64,000 nt of DNA from an uncultured Myxococcales bacterium (lineage in GTDB: Bacteria > Myxococcota_A > UBA9042 > DTJE01): NCBI GenBank assembly GCA_903847405.1, contig CAINDP010000142.1:389-64388 (forward strand). The letters are read 5' to 3'. The translations under genes were made by a program, and so were the position numbers. Shown here piece by piece: positions 30,548 through 40,202 of this stretch (within the stretch, counting starts at the first letter, position 1; each line of letters opens with the position of its first letter). The notes under the pieces were generated by a model. It saw nothing but the letters and a program-made list of their open reading frames with translations, did no database searches and was not told the DNA's origin.

Positions 30548-30568
30548 GCCCCGGACCTGCGCGCGGAG

Positions 30569-31888
30569 CTACTTCGGTATCAGAAGGATGGGAACCCCCT
30601 CGAAGTCGTATCGACTGCGCAGTTCCCGCTGCAGGAACCGCAGGTAGTTCGCGGGAACGTCGGTGGTCCCGCCCCGGAACAGCAGGATTGTCGGGGGGTT
30701 GACCTGCACCTGGACGATGTACCGGATGCGCACCGAACGCCCCCCCGCGACGTGGGGGGGGTGCGTCTGGACGACTTCCTCCCAGAACTTGTTCAATTCG
30801 GCCGTCGCGATGCGCGAGAACAGGTTCGCGTGCACCCGCTTCACGGTCGGCAATACTTTCGTGATGTTGCGTCCCGCCAGGGCCGACGCCTGGATCCGGG
30901 GCGCGAATGCGAAGAAGGTCGTCTCGTCGTCCAGTTCCTTGCGGACCTCCTCGGCCCGTTCGCCCTTCAGCAGGTCCCACTTGTTGGCCACGACCACCAG
31001 CCCGCGGCCGCGCTCCATGATCAGGGACGCCAGTTTCTTGTCCTGGTCCGTCAGGCCCTCGGAGGCGTCGATGACCAGGATGCACACGTGGCTGCGCACG
31101 ATGGCCTGCATCGTCCGGGCGACGCTCATGCGCTCCAGCCCCATCGCGACCTTGCCACGGCGCCGGACGCCCGCCGTGTCGATCAGCAGGTAGTCCTGGT
31201 CCCCGACCTTGAACGGCGTGTCGATGGCGTCGCGGGTGGTCCCGGCGACGTCGCTGGTCAGGTAGCGGTCGTGGCCCAGCAGCGCGTTCGCCAGCGTGGA
31301 CTTCCCGACGTTCGGCCGCCCGACGATCGCGATCCGGATCGGCCCCGTGGCGTCCTCATCCAGGACCTCCTCCTCCAGCGGGGGAGCGTCCAGATCCGCG
31401 ACGATCCGATCCATCAATTCGGCCACGCCCGTGCTGCGCTCCGCCGTCATCGGGAACAGTTCCTGGATGCCCATGCGGTAGAACTCGGCCACCAGGGGGT
31501 CCAGCCGGGCGTTGTCCACCTTGTTGACCGCCACGAACACCTTGCGGTTGCTGCGGCGCAACATGTCCCAGATGACCTCGTCGGTCGCCGTCGGGCCCTC
31601 CCGGACGTCCAGGACCAGCACCAGGGCGTCCGCCTCCTCGAGGGCCAGTTCCACCTGCCGCTTCATCAGCGCCAGCATGCTGCCCTCTTCCGCCTCGGGG
31701 TCGAACCCGCCGGTGTCCACCAGGACGAAGGCCCGCCCGGTGTGGTCGGACTCCGCGTAGTGGCGATCCCGGGTGACGCCCGGAAAGTCCTCCACGATCG
31801 CTTCCTTGCGACCCAGGATGCGGTTGAACAGCGTGGACTTGCCCACGTTGGGGCGGCCCACCAGGGCGATGATCGGTTTGCGGGTCAT
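30569..31888 (-). CDS. der: ribosome-associated GTPase Der (EngA), tandem GTPase domains plus KH-like domain
   Basis: Two G-domains (GRPNVGKSTLFN, GRPNVGKSTLAN, DTGG/DTAG, NKVD/NKWD). Confidence 0.95.
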   Translation of the reverse strand: MTRKPIIALVGRPNVGKSTLFNRILGRKEAIVEDFPGVTRDRHYAESDHTGRAFVLVDTGGFDPEAEEGSMLALMKRQVELALEEADALVLVLDVREGPTATDEVIWDMLRRSNRKVFVAVNKVDNARLDPLVAEFYRMGIQELFPMTAERSTGVAELMDRIVADLDAPPLEEEVLDEDATGPIRIAIVGRPNVGKSTLANALLGHDRYLTSDVAGTTRDAIDTPFKVGDQDYLLIDTAGVRRRGKVAMGLERMSVARTMQAIVRSHVCILVIDASEGLTDQDKKLASLIMERGRGLVVVANKWDLLKGERAEEVRKELDDETTFFAFAPRIQASALAGRNITKVLPTVKRVHANLFSRIATAELNKFWEEVVQTHPPHVAGGRSVRIRYIVQVQVNPPTILLFRGGTTDVPANYLRFLQRELRSRYDFEGVPILLIPK

Positions 31889-31980
31889 GGTTCTCCTTGC
31901 TTCCCACGCGGACGCGAAGACGTCGGCGACGGGCGGGGGATCCTACAGGACGATCGGGTTGCACGCCAGTGGGCCGGTCG

Positions 31981-34194
31981 TCAGGGTCCCAGCGCCGCAG
32001 CCCTGGCCGATGCCCGGGCCGCCTCCTCGGGCCTTCCGGCAGCCGCCGCGACCCGGGACAGGGTCTGCCAGGCCCGGACATACGACGGATCCTCGTCCAC
32101 CGCGCGCTGCAGCCACGGCAGGGCCGCCGCGGGCAGACCGTCGTCCGCCAGCAGGGCACCCAGGTTGTTCATGGCCCGTGGATCCCGCGGGTCCAGCCTC
32201 AGCGCCGCGGCCAGCATCTCCCGCGCCGGGCCTTCCCCGCCCCGCAACGCCGCCAGGGTGGACAGGCCCCGCACCTGGGCGGCCAGGAACGCACGGGTCC
32301 AGCGATCCGCCCCGCCGGCCTGCGACCCGGCGGCTGCCGCCGCATCCAGCGCCGCGGAAACCCCGGCGGCAGGCCCGATCGTCCCCAGCGCGCAGGCCGG
32401 GAACCCGGGCACCAACCGGTCCCGCACCGCCCCGTCCACCGCGCCGTCCCCCGTCTCGATGTAGACCGGTCCCCGGAGGACGGCCAGATCCACGGCCCGG
32501 TTCAACGCCTGCGCCGGCGCCTCGCCCCCCGCCTCGAACGGCATCGTCCTCAGGGCTTCCCACAGGCCCTCCTCGCCGGGCCGCCCGCCGTGCGCCTTCA
32601 GGTGCCGCGTCACGTAGGGCGTATCCGAAAGATGCTGCCGGACCAGGCTCAGCACGTCGGGCCGCACCCCGTCCACGGCCTGCACGCCCAGGAGCGTCGC
32701 GGAAAGGTCGTCCGAACTGGTCAGGACCGTCGCCCCCGGGGGCAGGCCCTCCAGGAACGTGGCGGCGATCTCCCGGGGCTGGACCCGGGTCTTGTCCCGG
32801 TCTGCCGGCGCCATGACCCCCTGCAACACCACCAGCGCCCATCCGGCCACGACCGCCAGGGGCGCCCAGGACGGCCGCTGGACCCGTCGCGCCCCGGCGG
32901 CCAGGGCCTCGACTCCGGTGGCCGACAGGATGGCCAGGACGACCGTGGAAGGGACCAGGACCTGCAGGTCGTTGATGCCCATGGGGTTCACCCGAACCGC
33001 GAACACCACGTCGCCCACCAGCACGCCCAGCAGCGCCACCGCTGCAGCAGGCGCCCTCCGGGCCGTCCGGACCAGGCCCGCCAGCGCAAGGGGCCACAGG
33101 GCCAGCGTGCCTTCCGCGAGGGTCCCCAGGGCCATCCGGAGGTTCGCTTCCATCCGGACCAGGGACACGTCCCCGATCTGCCCGGCGAACGAGCGGCGGA
33201 TCCGGGCCCCCGTCAGGTGTTCCCAGACCCCGGCGGCCGTCGACGGGTCGCCCCAGTTCAGGAGGGGTTCCCGGGACGCGGCGATCGGCAGGTACAGCAC
33301 GACCAGCGCCCCGACGACCATCGCCGCCAGGGCCGTCGGCAGGACCCGCCACGCCGCCGGCCGACGGGCCGTCAACGCCACCGCCGCGACCGCCAGCACG
33401 AATCCCGCCTCGACCGGCCAGGTCACGTGGCCCCCGGCGCCCAACCCGACCAGGAAGCCGCCCAGCACCAGCCAGCGGGCATCGGCACGACGGACGCCGG
33501 CCAGGGCGCAGCCGATCGCCGCGGTCATCCCCGCCGCCGACAGCGCATAGACCTCGGTCGTGGTCCCGTGCAGCCAGGTCGTCGGGCTGGCCAGTAGCGC
33601 GGCAGGCGCAACCAGCGCGGCCCAGGGCAGCGTCCGGGACCCGCTGCCGGCCGGCGCCCCCGCCACGTCCCGGGCAACCGCCCAGGCCGCTGCGGCCAGG
33701 GCCCCCAGCGACACGGCCGACAGGAGGTTCATCCGGAAGAAGGCGTCCCCCGCGGGCAGGGTTCCGAAGGCCCGGCCCAGGAGGCAGAATGCCGGGAAGC
33801 CCGTGGGATGCGGCACCCCCAGGACCAGCGCGGCCGACGCCAGTTCACCGGCGTCCTTCACATACAGCCCCGGCGCCGCCAGCAGCGCGGCCAGGCATGC
33901 CACCGCGACGCCCACGAACACCGCGGTCGCGACCGTCCCCGATACCCCGGTCTGCGGCCCGTGCCCCGATCCTCCCGAGCGCGCAGGTGGAGCCGAAGCC
34001 GACTCGGGACGATCCATTCGACGCCGCCGGGCCTCGACCGCCACCGCGCATCCCCCGGCCGCGGTCATCCCCGCGACCGCCAGCAGCAACAGCAGTCCCG
34101 CCTGTGGCCACAGGGCGATTCCCGACAACAGGATGACGAGGATTCCCGCCAGGGAGGCAAGCACCCGGAACGGCAGGTCCGGCAGTGGCTTCAT
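31981..34194 (-). CDS. DUF2723/TMEM260-like polytopic membrane protein with C-terminal TPR domain (putative GT-C glycosyltransferase-like); repeat copy D lies in-frame near the N-terminus
   Basis: Conserved DAGELASAA...GVPHPTGFP motif after the first TM helix, >10 TM helices, then TPR-like C-terminus (NNLGALLADDG...YVRAWQTL). The start is uncertain (34194 or the ATG at ~34017 created next to the repeat). Confidence 0.65.
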   Translation of the reverse strand: MKPLPDLPFRVLASLAGILVILLSGIALWPQAGLLLLLAVAGMTAAGGCAVAVEARRRRMDRPESASAPPARSGGSGHGPQTGVSGTVATAVFVGVAVACLAALLAAPGLYVKDAGELASAALVLGVPHPTGFPAFCLLGRAFGTLPAGDAFFRMNLLSAVSLGALAAAAWAVARDVAGAPAGSGSRTLPWAALVAPAALLASPTTWLHGTTTEVYALSAAGMTAAIGCALAGVRRADARWLVLGGFLVGLGAGGHVTWPVEAGFVLAVAAVALTARRPAAWRVLPTALAAMVVGALVVLYLPIAASREPLLNWGDPSTAAGVWEHLTGARIRRSFAGQIGDVSLVRMEANLRMALGTLAEGTLALWPLALAGLVRTARRAPAAAVALLGVLVGDVVFAVRVNPMGINDLQVLVPSTVVLAILSATGVEALAAGARRVQRPSWAPLAVVAGWALVVLQGVMAPADRDKTRVQPREIAATFLEGLPPGATVLTSSDDLSATLLGVQAVDGVRPDVLSLVRQHLSDTPYVTRHLKAHGGRPGEEGLWEALRTMPFEAGGEAPAQALNRAVDLAVLRGPVYIETGDGAVDGAVRDRLVPGFPACALGTIGPAAGVSAALDAAAAAGSQAGGADRWTRAFLAAQVRGLSTLAALRGGEGPAREMLAAALRLDPRDPRAMNNLGALLADDGLPAAALPWLQRAVDEDPSYVRAWQTLSRVAAAAGRPEEAARASARAAALGP
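33974..34016 (+). repeat. internally deleted copy (D) of the palindromic repeat family, inside the 5' coding region of the DUF2723 gene
   Basis: cccgagcgcgcagg-tg-gagccgaagccgactcgggacgatcca: both termini of the full element with the ~33-bp centre missing. Read on the minus strand it encodes ...[14 protein letters not shown]... in-frame. Confidence 0.7.
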
Positions 34195-34248
34195 GGACTC
34201 ATCGGTCGCGGCCGATCGCCGGTGTCACGGCGGGGTGCGGCGCGTGTC

Positions 34249-36144
34249 TCAGGGAAGGAAGATCTCGGCGCCCTCGGCGTACGTCACGCCGCCCGTCACG
34301 CCGCTCAGGCCGCCGGTGATCAGGATGGCGCCGTTCAGCAGGCCGCCCACGATCCGGGTGGCGCGATGATCGATCCGCGCCAGGGCCATGTCGCCCACCT
34401 GCGTCACCGTCAGGAGCCCCTCGTTCGCCTGGACCAGCACTGCCGTGGACAGAGGCGCACCGTCCACGCCCAGGCCGCCCGTGATCAACACGGTCTTGCC
34501 GTCGCCCAGGGGCGTCACCTGGTGGTGCGTGCGCATCAGCAGCGCCAGGTTGGCCCCGGACAGCCCGGACGGCCGACCCGTGATGGTCTCGTTGGTCGTG
34601 TCGATGTTGTAGGCCGTCGGCTCGACGTCCGGGGCGCGCCCGCTCTTGCCGCTGGCGCCACCGAACGTCCACACCTGCCCGCCGATCGCCACGGCGATGG
34701 CCCCGAAGGCCGCATTGGTCACGCCGGTGACGGCGGTCAGGGGCTTCACCTGGCCGGTCGCCTTCGAGAACCACTCGGCGAAGGCGCCCGTGTCGTTGAC
34801 GTTTCCACCCAGGACCACGACGTCCGTGCATCCCTGGGTCGCGTTCCGGGCCACGCAGACCGACGAGGCCGCATAGCGCGGGGCCGCATTTTCCGAACCC
34901 GGGACCTCGACGCACTGCAGCCTGCCGCTCACGTCCGCCAGGCAACGGTACGACGACCGGCCCGCCGCGATGCGATCCGGGGCGTCCGCCGTCTGGACCA
35001 GCCCGGTCCGCACGAAGGCCTCGGGACCGGTGTCCCCGTCGATCGCCTCGACCAGCGCCATGGCGGTCGAGAATCCCAGTTCCGAGCGGGTCGCCGTTCC
35101 GACGGCCAGATCGACCACGTACGCGTAAGGCGACAGCGTCACCGGGCAGGCGCCCGTGCACTGCTGGGGGCGCGGGAACGGTACCGTCGACGTGCCGTCC
35201 ACCTCGACGCCGACCAGCGGGGATCCGCCGATCAGGATCAACTGCTGGCCGCCCAGGACGACCGAGCCCATCAGGCCCACGGCAGTCCCCAGGTCCGTGC
35301 CCAGGTCCACGACGTCGAACAGCGAACTGCTGGCGCCGAAGGTTTCGCTCGAGGTCGCGGTGCCGACCGTCAGCCCCGAACCCCCGAACTGCGAGAAGCC
35401 GCCGGCCAGAACCACGTCGCCGCCGGGTCCGGTCACCGCCACGTGGAAGGCACGGTCCGCCTGGACGTTCAGCGGGAACAGGGTCTGGAGGCTGCACGTG
35501 CTGCCGACGCACTTCGCCTGGGGATGGACGACGTACTGCATCCACTTCAGGCCGTTCGTGCAGCCGACCTCGTCCGCGGTGCAGGACTGCTGGAACGCGA
35601 ACCGGCACAGGGCCGGATCGGCGCATTCCGTGGTCGCCTGGCAGTCCGCATCGGCCTGGCAGGCGACTCCGCTGTTCTTCAGGTCGGCGCCGGGGACCGG
35701 GAACGTCCCGATGGAGCCGATCGGGTTCACCTGGATGAAGTACACGGCGTTTCCGGTCCCGTCCTTCGTCACGTCGATGCCGCCCCGGACGCCGCGGGCG
35801 ACCAGAGCCGTGGAAACGCAGTCCGCCGTCGAGTACGCGTCGTACACGACCACGTAGCCGCCGGCGACGTCCAGATCGGTCACCGCGAAGCCGAAGTTCG
35901 GCGGCGTGCACGGCGATTCGAAATAGGCCTTCGTGTCCAGCGACAGCGGGACCTTCTTGAACAGGCGGATCTTGAAGTAGGTCGTGCCGGGCACGAAGTC
36001 GCCGGTCAAGGCCAGGCTCAGGCGGCCCCCACCGTCAGGCGACGGCCCCTTGAAGGCCAGATCCGAACCGGAACCGCTGCAGCCCGCCAGGAGGGCGACT
36101 GCCGCGAGGCACATCCCGAAACGCGTGATGCGATGATGCGTCAT
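34249..36144 (-). CDS. lipoprotein with Kelch/beta-propeller-like repeats
   Basis: ATG at 36144 with GGGAGG RBS. Lipobox LLAGCSGS. Recurring ...ILITGG/VLITGG/VVLGG/LILIGG blade-like motifs. Cys-rich central region. Confidence 0.6.
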   Translation of the reverse strand: MTHHRITRFGMCLAAVALLAGCSGSGSDLAFKGPSPDGGGRLSLALTGDFVPGTTYFKIRLFKKVPLSLDTKAYFESPCTPPNFGFAVTDLDVAGGYVVVYDAYSTADCVSTALVARGVRGGIDVTKDGTGNAVYFIQVNPIGSIGTFPVPGADLKNSGVACQADADCQATTECADPALCRFAFQQSCTADEVGCTNGLKWMQYVVHPQAKCVGSTCSLQTLFPLNVQADRAFHVAVTGPGGDVVLAGGFSQFGGSGLTVGTATSSETFGASSSLFDVVDLGTDLGTAVGLMGSVVLGGQQLILIGGSPLVGVEVDGTSTVPFPRPQQCTGACPVTLSPYAYVVDLAVGTATRSELGFSTAMALVEAIDGDTGPEAFVRTGLVQTADAPDRIAAGRSSYRCLADVSGRLQCVEVPGSENAAPRYAASSVCVARNATQGCTDVVVLGGNVNDTGAFAEWFSKATGQVKPLTAVTGVTNAAFGAIAVAIGGQVWTFGGASGKSGRAPDVEPTAYNIDTTNETITGRPSGLSGANLALLMRTHHQVTPLGDGKTVLITGGLGVDGAPLSTAVLVQANEGLLTVTQVGDMALARIDHRATRIVGGLLNGAILITGGLSGVTGGVTYAEGAEIFLP

Positions 36145-36155
36145 GGCAATCCTCC

Positions 36156-37088
36156 CTAGCGCGGAAACAGCGTGACGTCCTTGGGGGCATAGCGTGCGTC
36201 GGGGCTCAGCCCGATCGAGCCGGCACCGCCGCCACTGGTCTTGGACAGCACCACGCCCGCCGCGGTCCCGCCACCGACCACGGCCGCGCCGACGATCGTC
36301 CAGAACCACCACGAGCCGTACCACGGGGTCTTCTTGACCTCCCGCTCCTTGGTCGGAACGGGCGTCACGGGCGTCTTCGGGATGTCGACGACGTTCAGGT
36401 TCAGCGACACGACGTTGGCCTTGCGCCCTTCGACCTTGAGGGGCTGGACCGTTTCCTTGTAGCCGACCTTGGAGATCCGCAGGGTGTAGTCCCCCGTCTT
36501 CAGCCGGACCGCCACGGGCGTCAGGCCGACGAAATCCTTGTCGACGTACACTTCGCCGCCGGCCGGCGTCGAGGCGATGTCCACCTTCAGCAGTTCCGGT
36601 TCCGGCTGGGGCTCCGGGCCGAGCATCTTTTCGATCGCGTTGGCGATGAACTCACCCAGGCGCGACGACTCTTCCGCGCCACCCTCGGGCGACTTGACGG
36701 CCTTGGTCGTGACGTCCACCAGGCGCATCTGCACGTTGAAGCGCCCCGCCTGGTCGCTGACCTCGGTGTACAGCACGACGTCCGCACCGCGCCCGGCCCC
36801 GATGTTCGCCAGGCACTGCGCGTCAAAATCCACGCAGTCGGCGTCCACCATCAGATCCATGGGGTCCGCATCGGGAACCTTCAGGACGTCGAACTGCGGG
36901 TATTTCGCCAGCTTGGCCAACTCGCCCTGGGTCAGCGCGGTGGCTTCCTCGGCGGGCAGGTTGTTGCTGGATACCCGGAGCACCAGGAACTTCGACCTGG
37001 GTTGATCCTGGGCCACCGCCTGCGAAGCCCCCCCGACCCACGTCGCAAACGCGACCGCCAGGAGCAGCGTTCCCTTGCACCTCGTCAT
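36156..37088 (-). CDS. PEGA domain-containing secreted/anchored protein
   Basis: Signal peptide. PEGA domain (GEVYVDKDFVGLTPVAVRLKTGDYTLRISKVGYKE). C-terminal TM (WWFWTIVGAAVVGGG) and Gly-rich tail. Confidence 0.7.
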   Translation of the reverse strand: MTRCKGTLLLAVAFATWVGGASQAVAQDQPRSKFLVLRVSSNNLPAEEATALTQGELAKLAKYPQFDVLKVPDADPMDLMVDADCVDFDAQCLANIGAGRGADVVLYTEVSDQAGRFNVQMRLVDVTTKAVKSPEGGAEESSRLGEFIANAIEKMLGPEPQPEPELLKVDIASTPAGGEVYVDKDFVGLTPVAVRLKTGDYTLRISKVGYKETVQPLKVEGRKANVVSLNLNVVDIPKTPVTPVPTKEREVKKTPWYGSWWFWTIVGAAVVGGGTAAGVVLSKTSGGGAGSIGLSPDARYAPKDVTLFPR

Positions 37089-37146
37089 GGCACGCTCTCG
37101 TATCAGGCCGGTGCTATACTACGGGCACCCAATCGGGGTGTCAACG

Positions 37147-38070
37147 GTGCACATCCCCAAGCAGGACAAGGCCGTGCGCTTCCGCGGCATCGGCTCCCTC
37201 CCCCTTCGCAACGCGGGGGTGGCCGGGGTCCTGGCGCTCCTTCCGCTGGTGCTCGCCTGCGCCTCGGCGGCCCGCTATGCGACGGGCCCCCTGCCGCCCT
37301 CGGCGCTGCCCGAACCCGCCGTGCGCCTCGAAATGGGAGGGCCCCCGGGCCAGGTGCCGGCACCGCCTGCCCGGCCGATCCTGCACCTGGAGGCCGCCGG
37401 CACCCCGGGTCGGCCCCCGTCCCCTCTCCCCGACGTGGACGTCCTGGGGCGCGTCCGGAGGCTTGTCATCCATCCCGGTCCGGCCCACGGCTTCCACATT
37501 GAAATCGACGTTCCGAAGGGCGTTCTGCTGGCGGACGTCCTGACGTACTCGCCGATCCGCCTGGACCTGGCCGAAGGGCATGAAGTGCGCCTGCGGGCGT
37601 TCCTGGGCACGCCGATGCTGCTGCGCCTGGACGATTCCCAGGGCCCGCTCTTCCTGGTGTCCGCCGGGCCGTTCACCACCGAAATCAAGGATGTCCCGAT
37701 CGAGGTGCGCGCCGCTCCCCGCCGGGCCTACGTCGAGGTCCTGACGACCGACGACCTGTGCCTGTGGACGGTCCTTGCCCGCAGCATCGAGGTGACGTCC
37801 CACGGCGTTTCCCTGGGGACGGTCGGTCCGGGCGCCACGGCGACGTTCGAGGCCCAGGGCCGACGCTGGCAGGTCACCTCGTCGGTGGCTTCCTCGCCCG
37901 AGGAATCGGACTGCGGACGCGAGGGGAGCAGCCGGCTGGCATTCTTCTGGGCCCGCGTGCCGCCCACCCCGCTCCTCCCGAGCGCGCAGGCGGCCGAGCC
38001 TTCAGGCGAAGGGATGGGTTTCCGCAGGAAACTCTCGCCGGAGCCGAAGCCGACTCGGGACGGTCAATAA
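37147..38070 (+). CDS. hypothetical lipoprotein whose C-terminal ~30 codons are supplied by repeat copy A
   Basis: GTG at 37147 after GGGG. Lipobox LLPLVLAC. The ORF runs through the palindromic element and ends at its distal flank (…[29 protein letters not shown]). Confidence 0.45.
   Translation: MHIPKQDKAVRFRGIGSLPLRNAGVAGVLALLPLVLACASAARYATGPLPPSALPEPAVRLEMGGPPGQVPAPPARPILHLEAAGTPGRPPSPLPDVDVLGRVRRLVIHPGPAHGFHIEIDVPKGVLLADVLTYSPIRLDLAEGHEVRLRAFLGTPMLLRLDDSQGPLFLVSAGPFTTEIKDVPIEVRAAPRRAYVEVLTTDDLCLWTVLARSIEVTSHGVSLGTVGPGATATFEAQGRRWQVTSSVASSPEESDCGREGSSRLAFFWARVPPTPLLPSAQAAEPSGEGMGFRRKLSPEPKPTRDGQ
37977..38067 (+). repeat. full-length copy (A, with an 18-bp internal insertion) of the palindromic repeat family
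   Basis: cccgagcgcgcaggcgg[ccgagccttcaggcgaag]ggatgggtttccgcaggaaactctcgccggagccgaagccgactcgggacggtca: terminal inverted repeat cccgag/ctcggg and central GGGTTTCC-gya-GGAAACTC hairpin. Confidence 0.75.
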
Positions 38071-38895
38071 TCACCGGGCGCCGGGAAGGCCGCCCCGCTG
38101 CAGCAGCGACGCCACATCCATCGAAATGGCCACGGCCGCGTGCACGAACACGCCCCCCCAGATGGTCCCCGTCCGCAGGGCCAGGACGCCCAGCACGGTC
38201 CCGGCGATGACGGCCCCGAAGGCCTCGGGCATGGGCTTGGTGAAGTGGAGCATGACGTAGGGGACCACCATGGCCGGCACGGCCAGCACGCCCAGGCGCT
38301 GCTTGGTGGCGTGCAGCAGGAACCCCCGGAAGAAGAACTCCAGGGCGAAGAACTGCGTCGCGTACAGCAGTTCCCAGGCCAGCATGTCCGCCCAGCCCTT
38401 CGGGTGCCGGTAGAACGGGTACGTGGCCTGGAACGCCTCGCTGCCCGACGCGATCGCCACCGCCACCAGCACCGGCGCCAGCAGCAGCAGGTAGACCGGC
38501 AGGTGCCGGACGAAGCCGCGCCCGTTCAGCCCGTAGGCCGACAGGGGCTCCCGGAACACCGCGACGACGATGAAGGCCGGCACGATGAAGTAGCAGGTCA
38601 CGCACCCCAGCGTCCATGCGGCGTGGCGGTACAGCGGTGACGCCGACAGCAGCGCATCCTTCAGCGCGCCGTCGGACAGGCCGGTCGCGAATCCCCACAC
38701 CCGGTCCGCCAGATCCGCCTGCAGTTGGCCGCTCAGGACGACGAAATTCAGCAGCGTCAGGAGGATCGCAGCGGCCCCCAGCGCGGTCATCGCCTTGAAG
38801 AGGGGCGACCGCCCGCCCGCAGCCGGCGCTTCCATGCACCGCTCCATCGCCACGATGGAATCGAGGACCACGACCGTGTAGAGGCGTCGCAACAT
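38071..38895 (-). CDS. CPBP family intramembrane metalloprotease (CAAX protease/Abi-like)
   Basis: Motif 1 EFFFRGFLL (EExxxR), motif 2 VMLHF (FxxxH), motif 3 HAAVAISMD, in a 6-7 TM protein. The start (ATG at 38895) is uncertain because the upstream part of the track ORF is antisense to prfB. Confidence 0.6.
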   Translation of the reverse strand: MLRRLYTVVVLDSIVAMERCMEAPAAGGRSPLFKAMTALGAAAILLTLLNFVVLSGQLQADLADRVWGFATGLSDGALKDALLSASPLYRHAAWTLGCVTCYFIVPAFIVVAVFREPLSAYGLNGRGFVRHLPVYLLLLAPVLVAVAIASGSEAFQATYPFYRHPKGWADMLAWELLYATQFFALEFFFRGFLLHATKQRLGVLAVPAMVVPYVMLHFTKPMPEAFGAVIAGTVLGVLALRTGTIWGGVFVHAAVAISMDVASLLQRGGLPGAR

Positions 38896-39036
38896 CGGCG
38901 GGATGGTAGCCGGAAACGCCGCACGACGCACCCCCGCCTTCCCTTCCTCCCCTCCGCCCGGACGCTGCGCGTTGACAAGCCCCCGCCCCTGCTGCAAACT
39001 TCGGCCCTCGCGGACGCCCCGCACGAGGAACCCACG

Positions 39037-40135
39037 ATGTTCGACAGCCTGAAGCAGCGCATCGCTGACCTCCGTGAGAGGACCGTCGTCCTCGGGAGGT
39101 ATCTTTGACCCGGAAACCAAGCATCGCCGCATCGCGGAAATCGACGAAATCAGCGGACTTCCGGACTTCTGGTCCAACCGCACCCAGGCCATGTCCCTGA
39201 GCCGTGAACGGACCCGCCTGCAGAAGGATCTGGACGCCTTTCAAAGCCCGGTCAAGACCCTCCAGGACGCCTCCGAACTGATCGAGATGGCCGAGGCCGA
39301 AGCCGACGCCGGGTTCGAGCCCGACATCGCGGCGACGATCGAGGATGCCGCGACGAAGGTCGCCGCCCTCGAGTTCAACCGCATGATGAGCGGCGAAAAC
39401 GACCGCGCCGACGCCCTCGTGACGATCAACGCCGGCATGGGCGGCACCGAGTCCCAGGACTGGGTCACGATGCTGTTGCGCATGTACCTGATGTGGGCCG
39501 AGCGGAAGGGCTTCGTGACCGAGATCCTGGACGAACTGCCCGGCGAAGAGGCGGGGCTGAAGCACGTGACCTTCCAGGTCGAGGGCGAATGGGCCTTCGG
39601 CTACCTGAAGGCCGAGATCGGCGTCCACCGCCTGGTCCGAATCTCGCCGTTCGACTCCAACGCCCGGCGCCAGACCACGTTCGCGGGCGTCAGCATCCTG
39701 CCCGACATCGAGGAATCGATCGAAATCGAGGTCAACGACGACGACCTGCGCGTGGACACGTTCCGGGCCGGCGGCGCGGGTGGCCAGCACGTCAACAAGA
39801 CCGACTCGGCCGTCCGCCTGACGCACCTGCCCACGGGCATCGTCGTCCAGTGCCAGAACGAGCGGTCCCAGATGAAGAACCGCAGCAAGGCCATGAAGAT
39901 GCTGAAGGCCAAGTTGTACGATCTGGAGCAGCGCAAGAAGGACGCCGAACGGGACCGCCTGGAAGCCGAGAAGCGCGAAATCGACTTCGGCAGCCAGATC
40001 CGCAGCTACGTCCTGCATCCCTACCGCATGGTCAAGGACCTGCGCACGGGCGTCGAAACCGGCAACTCCGAGGCGGTCCTCAACGGCGACCTCGACGCCT
40101 TCATCGAAGCCTACCTGATGCGCGGGCAGCACTAG
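39037..40135 (+). CDS. prfB: peptide chain release factor 2, expressed via programmed +1 ribosomal frameshift: join(39037..39105,39107..40135)
   Basis: Frame 0 [23 protein letters not shown] stops at CTT-TGA-C (39103-39109), preceded by the internal SD-like GGGAGG. The +1 frame continues [14 protein letters not shown]... through the GGQ motif ([21 protein letters not shown]) to 40135. Confidence 0.9.
39103..39109 (+). other. prfB: prfB +1 frameshift site CUU UGA C with upstream Shine-Dalgarno-like GGGAGG
   Basis: Canonical RF2 autoregulatory recoding signal read directly from the sequence. Confidence 0.85.
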
Positions 40136-40202
40136 CCTGCGTCATGTTGCCCCTTCCGCTCCCGCACGACTATCCTGCCCCAGTCCCTCGCGCGGCCTCC
40201 CG

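Noticed and set aside
30394-30568. Expected rimP gene upstream of nusA
   Set aside because: Only 175 bp separate nusA from der, and no ORF of the right size or composition is present. Recorded as an absence rather than a feature.
37075-37146. ATG at 37075 as the start of the lipoprotein gene
   Set aside because: It would overlap the divergent PEGA gene start by 14 nt and add 24 non-signal-peptide residues. A GTG at 37147 with a GGGG RBS placed directly before the lipobox-containing signal peptide is more plausible, though still uncertain.
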